From NCBI RefSeq assembly GCF_026571515.1, contig NW_026854266.1, forward strand, positions 186,001-250,000: a stretch of 64,000 nt of DNA. The letters run 5' to 3'. Both the position numbers and the translations under genes were made by a program. Under the pieces are notes generated by a model, which was given only the letters and a program-made list of their open reading frames with translations, made no database searches and was not told the DNA's origin. This document shows, piece by piece, positions 37,901 through 52,900 of the stretch. Position 1 is the stretch's first letter. Every line of letters starts with the position of its first letter. The stretch comes from Ruditapes philippinarum (taxonomy: Eukaryota).

Positions 37901-40900
37901 TCACAGGAGAGTAATTATGTGGCTAGAGGGACAATAGGTAACTGTTCTTTCTTTTTGATGTCATTCATTCCATAATGCTTTTATGTGGCTATTTTCTTTT
38001 CTGTGGCTAAAAAGAACAATAGAGAGAACAATAGAGTAGCCACATAATTACTGTCCTGTGAGAACGTCTGTCTGTCTGTCCACAAAACTGGATCCCGCAA
38101 TAACTTAAAAAGTACTGAAAATATTTTTATGAAACATGATACATGGATAGATGGCAGTTTGGAGATGCAGGTCTTTTTCTTTTCTTTCTATGTTGAAAAT
38201 TCTGGTTGCCAAAGCAATAAATAGACTGAAAATATAGCAAATTTAACACATTAACTGCATCCAGTGATAATGTAAAAAGTACTGAAAATATTTTTATGAT
38301 ACTTGAAATATGGCAGTCTGGAGATTATGCACATTTTTTCTTTTCTTCCTATGTTGAAAATTCTGGTTGCTATGGCAACAAAATAGACTGAATTTCAAGA
38401 TTTTTTATTCTAGTTTTTACGCCTTTACACTAAAACTTCTTTATTTCTTAAGGTATTTACTTCAAACTTTAAATAATAGTTTCTGGTCATCAACCACATC
38501 ATATATGACAAGGTTTTTAACTCTAGCACAAAAATTATCAGAATTACCTCCCGTGAACTTATAATTTTCATGAAAAAAATGTTGTTTTTTTTAAATAACT
38601 CCTTTATTTCTTAATGTAACTTCTTCAAACTTCATATGTATGTTTCTTATTATCACTCAACATATGTGAGAAGATTCAATACTCTAGCAAGACTTTTTGG
38701 ACCTTTTGATTATCTGTTGAACAAAGTTTCCTTACTTAGCAGGGAAAGTAACACTTTACTATGATATAGACAAACTTAGAACTCAAAAGATTTAAGTTCA
38801 TTCATGTCATTCATTCATTCAATGGTATATATTGCATGGCTAATGGCCCATCAAATGATTCTGGGGTTCTAACCGGTAGGGGACTTATGGATTGCTTGCA
38901 ATACTATGATAATTGCTTGTTGTAAACTATCTGCCCTTAGATTGAGCAAAACCGTCCATTTCAGGGGCAGATAACTCTAAAACAAGAATGGCAATCGCCC
39001 AATTTTTTCACTAACATTTCTGTTATTTTCTTACAACATGCCAGTTTTAAAGAAATTCTACTGCACAATTTGAATTTTACCTATATGTCTATATGAAAAC
39101 ACCCAAAATGTCTTTAAAATGTTTATAAAAAAGAAGTCAATAAAATATGGCTTATAGGTTTTCATTAGGTGGATAAACAATTCACAAACATCTCTTGTTG
39201 CTTTTGTTAATTACTGTCCCTTTCTATGCCTATCCATGTTGTAACTATGTTAAAAAGTAATATTTTGGTTATAGGTAAAGTTAAAGGGATACTAAGCTAT
39301 TCTTTAGGTATTACACTTTTATTGCAGAAATTTATTGAAATCTGGGAAACTGACTCACTCAGAATATGTCTTCATTTGGAGGTGGCTATAGGTTAAAATG
39401 GCTGTCTCAAATGTATTTTGGCCTGCCTTAAAACTTAGAAAAAAAATCTTTATGGATGTGATAAATCAAAAGAATGACCATCTTAAATTTAAAACAAACT
39501 ATCTCAAATTTTTTTAATGATAACACTGACTTAATGTTCCATTTTGATCCTTTTATAGCTTTCTGTTTAACTTACATGTACCAGCAGTGCCACTTGTTCT
39601 TTACATGTGAATTGGAGGTCACTGTCCAAGGCCAATAAATCAGGCATTGATTTTGACAGAATTATAGCCCTTTATGAAAAGTTTTGCATGAAACTAAAAT
39701 TTAAAGAAAAAAACTGCTGATGGTATTCACATAAAGATCAATTGGTTTTTGAAATTACAATTATTGGTCATTTTCGAAGGATAGCATGGATTTTCTGTGA
39801 AATTTGTCCCTTGTAACTTAAGAATTAATGGCTCAGTGTCCAAGACACATAATTATGTCATTTTTTTGGGGGATGGAATTTTCCTCTTTGTTAATTCCTA
39901 AATTATCGAGGCTCTTGCTTTACTATCAAGCAATCAACTGAGAATGGCTGTCTGTCCTATTGACAGCTCTTGGATTTTTACCCTGTTACCTTATTCATAA
40001 GTCAACTTGGTCCACTTCTATTTCCAACTTTGAACCTCGTTTCCAGTTCACTACATTTGACATATCTAATTCTTTAATGCTCCAGTCAGTTGTGACCCTG
40101 GCACCACCACCCCTGGGCAGTATTTGGGATAGCTGGGTAAATGGGTGTTTTAACTTTCAATCTTTCCTTAAAGCCATGTTTTTGTCCTGGCAGTTTGGGG
40201 TCATTTAAGGGGATTTTACTTGATCAGAGGCGGGGAAAATCCTTCAGTCCAAGTCCCGAAGATTAGAATACTGTGGTTACAACTGCTGGGTGCATTATTA
40301 CTAAATGTCAGCTGTATATTCTGACCTAAGTCAATGCTTCAGTTAATTTTGTTTTATTAAAAATCTTTACTTTTTACAAAGAAGACATTGAGCAGGTTTT
40401 ATACTTCTCTTGAATAGGCATTTTATAGACTTTTAAAGATTTGGTTATGATGCACCCTTCAACAAAAAAAAAGAGTACACATAGTAAATTTATTAAATAA
40501 ACTACTTGTACATTAGGCCAATCATGGTATAAATTCTATAAATAAATTATATAGTCTACTTTATCCATTGTTCATGTGATATTTTTAAAGAAATGGTAAC
40601 TTTTAGAATAAAGTGAACGAAAAACTATGCTTTTTATTTTCCTTGGCCTTAATTTATAGCAGTACTCTGAATTGGAAAAAAAAGTGTATTGTGTAACAGT
40701 TTAACATGTTAAATAAACTGACCACCAAAATCTTGTGTAATTATTGTGCACAAATCAGTAGACTGGAACATTCTACACAGATGACCATGTGCTTTTGTCC
40801 TGAAAGCTGATAATTACATATTTAGCTGTAGGGAAAATAAGTAGTTGAAAACAGTTCACCTAAAATATGCATGATAGAATTAATGTTAACTTTTTACCAA

Positions 40901-43900
40901 GAAATGGTCACGAATACGGTCAGTATGAACGGCGGAATAGAAAGGGCCAGAAGCAGGGTGGCTCTTTTAAGGGGAAGAAAACTTATAGGAATTCACATTT
41001 TTACAGGGCTAAACGAAGAATGGATGGTCAGGATTTCTATGGGAATAAGATAAATGTGGATTTCTCTGGGCAGGGACAGTACACAGAAAATAATAATAAT
41101 AATTACAGTAATAGAGGTAAATATTGTTATCTTTTCTTTCCTGAACTTATAACATTGATGTATGTCCCTAGATATCTGTAATGGACTTGCCTTGCAGTTT
41201 ACTAGGAACTAGCCATTGTCAATTCAAGGGTTTTAAGATCAAAACATTAAAATTAATTAGCCAACAGTGTACATTTCTAGTAAATTGCCTGTGTAGTGCA
41301 TACTACACAAATTAGTAGATACATTAATTTTGGTATTAGCTATTTACAGATTGGATTTTCAGTATTTTGAAAAATGTATTTTACATCATTGGGGTATTAG
41401 ATAATTCACAAATTGGTGTTTTAATATTTTGAAAAGTGTATTTTTGTTAATGCTTTAGAGGCTCAGAGATGCCAAGAATGATAAAAGTCTCTTTTTTTGA
41501 CAGAGACTAAATTCATCAAGTTGTATCCTAAGTGCCTTTTAAAAGATTTTTCTGTTTATTTACACAGAAAATTTGTAATATTCAAGCATAAATATTGCTA
41601 TTATTAGGCTGGCAGTGTTACAATATTTTGTTTAGGCAAGTCCTACATTTCTCAACAGTTTTCGTCAAATATTCACATTAACCATTGTATCTCAAGTTAT
41701 GCTTATTTATTTTTTTAACAGGTCAACTTGACAACCGTAATAATGTTAGCCCTAATAGAACCAGACCATACTCCCAGTCTCACAGAAAAAACTCCCCGCC
41801 CAAATCTCGTCTACCATTTCCTCAACCCATTGTAGCAAATGAAGACAACTCTTACCCAAGTTCAGGAGAAGTTAGCCCCCTTGATGCCTTGTTGTCTGGC
41901 CAGCTGGAAACTATCACTGAAGACAACACAAGTGGAGTTGGACTTCAGGGGCTGGTCAAAAAGTTTAGTCAAGAAAACAAGTCAAGTAGACAGGTAGTGT
42001 ATTGTTTTTTTCTCTTATTTTTAAAATGAACTTGACCTCTTTAGTCTTAATTTGGTATTTTCATTGCTAATTTTAAAGATTTTTAGCTTGTCTTGTTTTG
42101 AGGTAAAAGTTGAGCTATTTGTTTGATAGATATTTGTCGTCTTTATCATTGTCATACAAAAACTTTAAAGGGACTCCACTGAGGTTTTTCTCACATGAAG
42201 GGACTTCAAATAATTTTTCATGACTTTATGTTCCATTTGATGTGGTCTTGAACTTGTGCAAAATTCATCGTCTGATTCAATTTTTCTAAAATAATTATTC
42301 TAAATGGGGCCTAGAATAGCAGAAAATGCAATTTACAATTTATTTCTGAGTAAATTTGTTAAATATTTTATGCATATCTTTCTGTTTAAAGTGCCTAAAC
42401 TGATTATTGCTTTTGCACTGCAGTGGAGTTACTTCAATGTAGCCAATTATTCAAACATTTCAAAAGCACATTGCGTTAAATTGAATGCAGATATTAGTTA
42501 CCTGCACTCCAGTTAGCATCTTCGTTGATTGGATATTTTTTGCAGAGATTTACTTATTGTTATGACAGGGAAAGGGATAACGATAGAAAAAACATGTTCA
42601 GATGCTTGTGCATTTGTTACTTTTTCTGGGGTTCATATTTTCACATTTGTATGCCCCCCCCCCATACAAATCAGATAGCCTTGTGTTTTGATGCTCTTTC
42701 TATTACTTCATGTGATTAGGACAAAGCAGTGTTTGTTACTGTTCTTTAGTACAGAGAATTGTAACTAATATATCTATATCTATGTCTAATATATATAACT
42801 CTTCATCTGCTGAAATTGTGTAAAGGATTGGCCCTACCAACAGTATAGAGCCTGGTCAGACTGCACAGATGTGTAGGCTGGTCCAGTTCTGTGTTGATGG
42901 CAAAGATTTATCACATTTGGTTTCATCAGGTGAAGGATTAATGTGATTAGGACAAAGGAGAGTTTGTTCTTTTCACAGTTACTAATGTTACAGCAGCAGA
43001 TATACCAGGAAGGTCAGGTTCCCATTGGCAGTGAGTCTACACAGTTCTACTCTCAATATACCAAGTACCAGGAGACCAGTTACTATGGTTACAGTAACCA
43101 TTGGCAACCACAAGGTTACCAGGACAACAGACAGTATATTGATTGTTACCAACCACCTCAACTCTACAACGATTATAGTAAGTACAAAAAAAATTAGTTC
43201 TTGAGAAAGCTTTTAATTGGATGTAGCTTAGATTTGCAAATTCCTGTGTATGACACATCTGATGTCATTAAAACTCCTAAAATGTCCAAACCAATAAGTG
43301 AAGATAAAATGTAAAGCTCTGATCAATCATTGGATTGCAGGGATTTAAAAGTTGTTTTTAGACTAGAAGTTTATAAAGCAAACTTCAATATTTCTTTTGA
43401 TGCTGACACATATGATTTTATTCCAAGTTATTTAAGACCATAAAGTCCTTTGTTAGTTATATTTGTCTGCTTTCATTACAGATGGCAGTTATTACCAGTA
43501 CCAAAATCCCCAGAATCCCTCTCCTACATATCCCTATGGCAACATGAATGGGCCTACTACCAACAATAGATTTCGACCAATCAGATCAGCCTCTCCCAGT
43601 GAGAGTTCAGCAAGCTCCTCCCCCTGTGACTTCAACAGTGAAGAGTATCCTGGAGCAGTTGACCTACTTATCAGTAACCTTGACTACAATATCAGTCCCA
43701 GAGAGTGGAAGCACATCTTGTCCACAACCTTTCATCCCCACATTAAGGTAAGTCAAGTCACTTTAGAGAGTTCTTTACTGCAGAGAGATTAAAAACTAAA
43801 TTCACTTGCTAAGACCACTGTGGGTTCAAATGTTGTTAGAGATGTTGGAGCTTTCAAATTCAAAGCTAAATGAATATTTGTGGTTCTATCCAGGGTTGTA

Positions 43901-46900
43901 CTATGCTTGGTCTTCTGTCATTCTTTTTTCCAGAAAATGAGGCAGGTCTGTTGATCAATACTATTTTCACATTTTTATCTTATGTTTAGTAATAGAAACA
44001 ACTCCATATTAATATTATAAACAGATTTTAACTACACAGTCTTCTTCAATACAAATGGAACGTCTAACAGAAGCATATAAATAGATGTTATATGGAACTT
44101 GGCAAATGTGGGTTTTTCAAAGCTGTAACTGTAAAAGTTTGTTTGTATTCCCGGATTCGCTATGAAAAACCTAAATATTATTAATTCTGGAGAAAGTCTA
44201 TTATTGTGAGGTAAACACTGTGAAACTGCATTTGACATATGAGCCGTGTCATGACAAAACCAACATGGTGTGTTTACGACCAGCATGGATCCAGACCAGC
44301 CTGCGTATCCGCGCAGTCTGATCAGGATCCATGCTGTTCGCTTACCAACTCTATTACAAGTAGAGAAACTGATAGCGAACAGCATGGATCCTGATCAGAC
44401 TGCGCGAATGCGCAGGCTGGTCTGGATCCATGCTGGTCACAAACGCACTATGTTGGTTTTGTCATGACGCCGCTCAATTATCTTTATTTAAAATGTTTAG
44501 AGTTAAGATATATTGTTGTATTTCAGATATTGTATATAGATGTATCTCTACAGCCAGACAATACTTCATTAGGTCTGATCAAGGTTGGTAGTATAGAGGA
44601 AGCTAGATTTGCTATCTCACAGTTCCACAGGAAAAAGATAGGTTACAAGAGGATTCATGTCACTCTGAAATCTGGTGATGAAAATAAAACCGTATCTACT
44701 GTAAGGTTAGTGTTTGTTGTTGTGTTTTTAACAGATTTTGTTCTTCACTTTTTACACTTGTCAATAATTGAACAAGAAGTGTACCTTTAAAGCTCCATGT
44801 ATTAAAGAATCATGTCTGCAGATTCATGCTTATTTTCATAAAAATTTTGAAAATTTCCTTTCTGCACAAAAAAAGTAATTTACACTTTACAAACGGCTCT
44901 TACAATCCACATAAATTACCAAAAAGAGATTGAAATATGCAAAAATACCCCTGCCTGCGTTAGAACACTTAAATTACCAAAAAGAGGTTGAAATATGCAA
45001 AAATACCCCTTACTGCATTAAAAATGCAGTAGAATTATGGTAATTAATACTTCAAAATCAGTCATTAATCGCACATAACATGCAAATTAGTAATTGATTC
45101 TTGAATCTTTTTACTTTTCTTAAAATTTTAGTACATTTTTCTCAAGTTTGATTTTCTTGAAATATTTTGGCTCATCGAATAATAATTATTTTTTATGTAT
45201 TAATATTGAAATATAAAACACTTCTCATTTGTTTTTTAGACTTCCTCAAAATCTTTTGTCTATAATATGTTAATATGTATAATATTATGTACAGAAGAGT
45301 AAATCATAATGTTTCGCACACCAATTCATCAAAAAAAATTTTCCATGTTTCAGGTCAGAGGCTATTGCATTATTGTCTGAGGCCAAAGACAATGTTCTCC
45401 CACTCTTCAAGTTTATAGAACTCTTCAATAAAAGGTAAAAATAACCTACAATAAAAGTTGTACACATACTGTTTAAAGAACATATTTTTACAAGATGTTT
45501 ACACATGTAAAACTATCATAAATGTTTAAATTATAGATCTGTTTGTTGTTTGATTAGTGTTACAGGGCACCAACACAATATACAAACACATCATTTTTAC
45601 AAAAAATACTCAGTTACAGAACTCCACCTGTATTGTAATAACTGTTTAAAATAACTGCTGAGTTTTAGTGAACTAATTTTTCTCATCATAAACTGCATGT
45701 TAATTTTTTAATATGTCCAGTATATTTAAGTACATGTACTTAAATAAATTAATAATATAAATAAATGTTTCTGCTGTTATAGATTTAATCGTTCAGTAAG
45801 CGTTGCCGAGTTGTACAAGATGAAGGACACTATTGAGATTCGTGAACAAGGTGGAGCCGGACGTATGATACACCTGGCACCGGAACTACGTAAAACCGAG
45901 CAACCAAATGACACGGAAGATGGAGAAGTATGTGATGAAATCTGGACATTTAATTTTGATACCAAACAAAATTTGAGTATTGATATACAATATTGTAACA
46001 CTTATATTTATTCCTTTCCATAGATAAATTAAGGTTTGATGTAATACTTTGGTTTCTTTATTTCAAAATGCATTTCTATAAATTTGCACCAGAACCAAAT
46101 CAATCTGGTAAACCTAGTACCGTTTCAACCATTATTGTATAGACATAAAAAAAAGAATAAATGGTTGGTTATTACAACTGTCCTGAAGGTAGTACAATGT
46201 GTACAATGTATTATGGCAGTACTATATTCAAAATGTAAAAACAAATATCCCAAATATTATGTTATTATTATATTATCTGTTGGTAGTAGAGTGGTAATAT
46301 ATATTTTCAGGTGCAGGAGATAATTGAACAAATAGTTTGTCCCTATCACTGTCCAGAAGGTAGCACAATGTATACGGAGGCTGTGAACACATCAATACTG
46401 CCTAATGTCAAACTACAACTGAAAACGTTCGCTCCTCAAGTTCACTCTCTTCTCATGACACATGATGGGGATCTTCCATTATTGAGGTGAGTCTTTAATC
46501 AGTATATTTTCTGTTGTGTGAGTCCATAGCCAATGTCCTTGTAAATTGTGAATACTTATTTGATTATGTTCAAGAAAGAATCTTGATAAATTAGTTTCAT
46601 GCTGAAGTGAAAACAGTAAATTTAATAATTTAAAAACTACACGTTCTGATAGGTTTTGTTGCCTGACTGTTTGAAGAATGAGAGCTAGGTGTTAGTCAGG
46701 TGTTATTGATGGTGTTAGCGCAGCTGTCATACTTTGATAAAGTTTTTGCATTCAAGTTGATATTGTCAAAAATGCTGAAGGAAGTGGATTAAAATTTCAC
46801 ACACTTGTTCTTTTTGATAATCTAGCATTGTGTACTCAGGTCCCATAACTCAGAGTTACCATTTTATAGTTATGCCCCTTTTTCTTACTGTCAAGCACTG

Positions 46901-49900
46901 AAAATAGTCAAGCTATTAACAAAAAAAATTATTATTTTATATTGACTTCTTTATTATATGTTTCAAAATGAATATTTCACTATGTAGACTTCTATATTAT
47001 GTTTCAAAATATAAATATTTCAGTTTCACGTCCTGCTTTAGTGTTGAGGTGGCACCATTAGTTTATGTATATGAGGGAGGTGTACCACTGGAGCATCTTA
47101 TCAGCTGTGTGCCCGGGGTTCAGATTGTTGTCTCCCCTACTGGTGTAAAGAAAGTTCACTGGGCAGAAAACAAACCTCCAAACTCACCTGGTAATTTAAA
47201 CAAATCTTATTACAACTATAAAAAAAAATTTCAGAACACTAAGAAGTGATATTGGAAACCAATTTAAAACAAATTAATCAATCTTGAAACTATTTTGATT
47301 GGTTCATTCAGAGTAAGGACTTGAAGTTAACCTTTCAATAACTCTATGTAATAGATCCAGATATTTCAGTTTTATAAGGGGCCTTTAGGGGAAAGTGGTT
47401 AAGATCTTTGACTTCAGAACACTCCCCACTTGCTGCTTTGGGTTCAAATCCAGCATGGATTTGGAATCTTCCAGGGATTTGGATTCCTACAATACATGTC
47501 AGGAAGCTATCCAGCTATGTTACAGAAGGTCTGTGGTTCTACTCAGATGCGAGCTGGTGCCTGAAATAATTGCATGTAGGGCACCTGAGGGCCTCCTCCA
47601 TCAGTAAAGTTTAGTACAATTGTGCAGCACTAATGACTTACCTATGCCATTAGTATAAAGTCGGGCAAACCAGGCCAGCCTACATTTCAATTGCTAGTCC
47701 ACCCAGATTTTATACTGCTGCTTAATAAGAGTAATGATTGAATGTTTTGATTTTGTAGATTTGAGTCGAGGAGGTCAACAATTGGCTGTATTTAGTAAGG
47801 AAATTATTGATTTACTGAAGAGCACACCCAACTGTAGACTGGCTTTTAGTAAATTTATACCCTGCTACCACCAGCATTTTGGGCGACAGTGCCGAGTGGC
47901 AGACTATGGCTACAACAGACTGCTGGACGTGTTTGAATCTATTCCTCATGTTCTTCAGGTATACATTTGCATATATATTTCTTGTATTGTAACACATGTG
48001 TAGAACGATATCATTGAGAGTTTTGATACCTAAAGTGACCGTTTTTAGCTTGTTTGTTTCGAATAAAAAGCCGTATGTCTGAGCTAAATTTTTTTGAGTT
48101 ATTTCCCATGTAGCTAGAGCCATGATATTGTATTACCTTGTCTACAACAATAAGATAAAATCTTGATATGCAGGTATGTTGATAACATATAGATAAATAT
48201 TTGCAGGTGTTGGGTACTGGTGATAGGAAAGTGTTGACTCTGACCCATCGAGCCCAGGTGAAGAGGTTTACAGCTGACTTGATCCGTCTGTTGAAGAACA
48301 CACCTGGCAGAATGCTGTACCTGTCTTCACTTACTGAGGAGTTCTGTATGTCTTCGATTACTTAATGCCTAGTATTAATGATAAAGTCAGTTAAAATAAA
48401 AGAAAAATGAATTTAAAATTGTCCAATTGTCAGATGATTTTAAGATGTTTTTTAGACTCAGCCAGTATTACTTTAGTATGTATTCTTTGTAATTTATTGG
48501 GAGGAGTCTCTATGGCAGAGTTATTATTATGGTTGCTGACTTATGTCAATTATTCTTCTCTGTAGAGTGTTTAAAGTTCACAAGGGTATTGGCACTACTA
48601 CATGTAAAGCATGATTTTGCTAATTTAAGGAGTGTTGGTGATTCTACTCTTTGACTTTGGCTTGTCTGTAGAATATTTATTACAGAGTCATGTAATATCT
48701 TCCTCCACCAGTAAAGCTGGAAAGTTACCATATGAGCTATAGAGAATTTGAATTTACTAGTTAAACCCCCTCCCCGCGCCCCCCCCCCCCCCCCAAAAAA
48801 AATTTTTTTTTTAAAAAAAAGCAACAGATATTAATAATGTGAATCCAACTGTTATTGTACCAAATCACAGCAAATAGAATCTCTATATTTTGGATGTATT
48901 TAATGTTGCTTTTCATGCATGTAGGAGTTATGAAATGTCATTTCTTGAAATAATTGTATGGATTATATTACAGGTAAACTGTTCAACAAGAATTGGGATA
49001 TAGTAGAGTATGGTGTGTGTCAACTAGATGACATGCTATCTGATATACCAGTAGGAACTGTGGAGGTAAGTTCTTTGTATTATTCAACCAACTCTTTACT
49101 AGTTTGTACCACACATATGACTGATTCCAATGATTCATTATAATTGGCTTTCAGTAGATGTATTACTGAAATGTAAAAATTAATTATATTTTCTATTTCA
49201 CACTTAAGTTTTCACAATATGTTTTCATTGCATCAGAACTTTATTTGAAAGTGAGTTATAACAACCATAAAAAGGATTGAAAATGATGATTCTCATGCAC
49301 TGGTGAAGAACAGCTCTTACATATTCACTAATGACTTCCCCACATCACATTTTGGAAATATATTTTCATATTACATAGAAAAGTTCTTCTATAATTTAAT
49401 CTTGCGAAAAGGAGTTTCTAAATGAAAATTTTCTAATTTGATTAATATAATTTGTCTGAATAACAGAGATTTATTTGGATTGTAATTTTAAGCAATTTTA
49501 TTATACTTGTATTTTATGTTGCATTTTGATTTTACACAAATATTGTAATTTTCAGATTTTGACAGAGGGACATGATACAATCATTGCTCTGCCAAGAAAA
49601 GGTAAATCATTTTGTAACTTACTATTAGTTAGCACTTTTACACAAATATTAAAGGCAGATTATGCCTCAGAAACAAATGAATTCTTTTTACTTTAGAAAG
49701 GGAAAACATGAATTTTATAGTGATTGAATAATGGTTTTAGGGCATGTTGCGTATAATCACCTGAAGAAAGTAGCACAGAATATTATATTATTTGTTATAA
49801 AAGTAGCAAAATGTTAAAGTAGTATTTTGATTTTCATACAAAATAGTAAATCACTATAAGCATACTAATAAGTACTATAAGCAGCCAAAAAGCATCAGAA

Positions 49901-52900
49901 GCAAAAGAGGGGTTCAGGTTATTGGCCACTGAGTAACTTATTGGAAACTATCACAGGACACCAAATAAAAAACTTTCGAGAAATAAAAATAAAAAGCATT
50001 TCTGAGGCCTTTTATATTTCTCCTATTGTATTAAACAGATCAGACACCTGAGGAAATGGAGAGAATGAAGCAGTTTGCACTGGAAGTGGTTGACCTACTT
50101 TCTCACAGTCACCAGTGTCATATGCTGTTTAACAAATTTGTACCAGCTTACCATCATCATTTCGGACATCAGTGTCGGGTCAGTGACTACGGCTTTACTA
50201 AACTCCAGGATCTATTTGAAGCACTTCCAAAAATTGTGGAGGTTAGTAAAAAAGAGATGATTTTAACCCATAAATTAATATTATCTTTCATTTATTAGCA
50301 TACCAGATTTTTAATCCAATACCTTGCATATCTTATTGATATATGAAAAGTTTTGAATAATACGTAAAATTTTCAAATAGATATTGTCATATCGTAGATT
50401 CACTGATTTGATAAAGTAATTCAAAATAATTTGTACTCATCATATTTTCTACCCTTTATTAGGAATTAACAAAGAGCCATTTGATAAAGCTTTCTTTGCT
50501 AGAATGAGGGAAAACATAGTATTGAAATTTGCTTTTTTACTGTAAAAATTTCTAAAATATTTTCATCCTCCAATTTATTTGATTGACAGCTTCTAGATGA
50601 AGGGGAGGAGAAGATCATACGTCTTACAGAACCAGAGTTACGTAAAGTTATAGGGGATCATATAGTTAGCCTACTTAAACAGAAGAAAGTTCAGTGTTAC
50701 CCGCTGGATAATATCATGGTAGCTTTCACACAGCATTATGGGTACACCATACCAATGGAAGATCTTCATGTGTATAGTATGGAACAATTGATGGCAAAGT
50801 TAAAACATGTTCTCAAGGTATATCACTTCTGTATAATTTCATGTATTTCATTTGGTATTGAAATGTTGACCAAAAAAAGTTTTTATATTTAAACAGTTCT
50901 TTGTTGTTAAATTGATATGATGTAAAAAGTAGACAATTTTATGATTGTTTTGTTTGTTAAGTTGGGAATAGTGCCAGTGTTTACAGTATTTGAATCAGTA
51001 ATAAGCAGACTGGATTCTGGATCTGGAATTTTTTGGCCCTTATCTGCTTACACTATCGTCAAAAAAGGAGAAAAAAATTACTGCTTTTGTATGAGTCACT
51101 AAACTCCTTTTACCACACAGCATGCAGCTTCATAGAGAAATCTTGATCTATAGGCTCTTGAGTCATTTGTCTTTCACAGCTGCTTAAGAAGTCATGTAAA
51201 ATAAGACGTTGTGTCACTTGCAGAGAAATTGAAAGCCAATTAGGTGGATATGACCAAATATGCATTAGAATTGGTTTGAAAACCAAGCAATCGAACGAGC
51301 AGTCATTATTAAGGTAACACACATCTGTAAATCTGAAAATTGCTGAAATTATATACAATATTTTGTCTATTACAGGTTGAAGTCTATGATGGCAAACAGT
51401 ATGTTGTGCTGTCAGACCGCAGTAGTGCTCCCCCTTTAGCTAGACAGGTTCTACAACTCTTGATGGACCAAAGTGGGGGTAGTCTCCCTTTGATGGAACT
51501 GTGCAGCAGGTACAAAACTACATTTGGAATAGATCCTGATGTACAAAAAATAAAAGAGGAGTTACTGGATTATGTTCAGGTATTATATTTCCTTTACATA
51601 TATTTTTGTTTAACTCCAGTGTTGTTGATAAAGAGCCTATGCTATCTCTATTAAGCAGTGCTAGCCTATGCCATCATTTTAAAACTTTCACTTTCTTGCA
51701 ATATCTGGCCAGAGTATATAAAAAGTACCAGCTTTGTTAAGGATGGACAACTCAGAAAATGGGGTCAATGAATCCCAATTTTATTTGGCTAAATCAGTTT
51801 TCCTATTATCATATTATAAAATCATAATAAATCCTATTACACAGTTTTCATTCTGCCTTTATTTCTATATTAACTAAATAATACTACTTTGATTAATTTT
51901 GAACATTTAAAATAATGAAAGTCCCTTAGTATTTATACTTATTTGTCTATGAACATATTATCTATTTCTTAGATTTCCGGTGACGATGAATCTGGAGTTA
52001 TCAGTCTCACCCGCCTTCAGGTGCTGGCACGAGATATCCGTGTGTTACTACAGAAACATGGCAAGATGTCACTGGCACAGTTTGAGAGATTATTCTACGA
52101 GCAATATTGTGTGGAGATTAAACCAGCCCTGTATGGTTTTCCAACAACTGTTGCCCTGCTGATGGACATACCACATGTGATCAGTATAAAGGGGAAAGGA
52201 AACAGAAGGATGGTCCACTTATCAGGGGATTTACAAGGTAAAAAATGAATTACTTCAAATTAATATACAATGTAATATATAGAATGGTTTTGGACGTTTT
52301 TATAATTTGGATCCAAGAAGAAATCTTCTAAGCTCAAACTCAGATATCTGATTGGTCAGAAACTGTCACAGAATATACAATGACCAATGAAAATATAGAG
52401 ATTTTAGACTTAGTGCAGAAAAAAGTGTTATATCCTCTAGGTTAGTACCAGCATATTATTTTCAATATAACATTTCCAAATAATATGCATATTTAAGTTC
52501 TACAGATAATAATCCTACTGTAAATATAATGCAAGAATGTTTGTTACATTGACCCTTTCCAGTATATTTGTATTAAAGAAAAAAACATTTTAGGATATTT
52601 TAATAATTTATTTTACATTTTTCATAGGGTCACTACCTATTATAGATGAATCTTATACCAGACCAGATTCAGACACGCCTTCTAATGATTCTGGCTCCGC
52701 CCTCACTGATGAAGACACACCTGTTGAACAGAGAAAATTCCTCCCAGCTGATCTAATGAGTGGCTCTGTCCCCTCTAATGTACCATCACCTACCCTCAGA
52801 CCTGATCAGTTTGGACAAGTTATAGATCTGATCAAATTTGAGAGTCAAACTCCAGGTAGGTCTTTTTTTCTGTAAATGCAGTTTTAGCTAAATTACCTCT

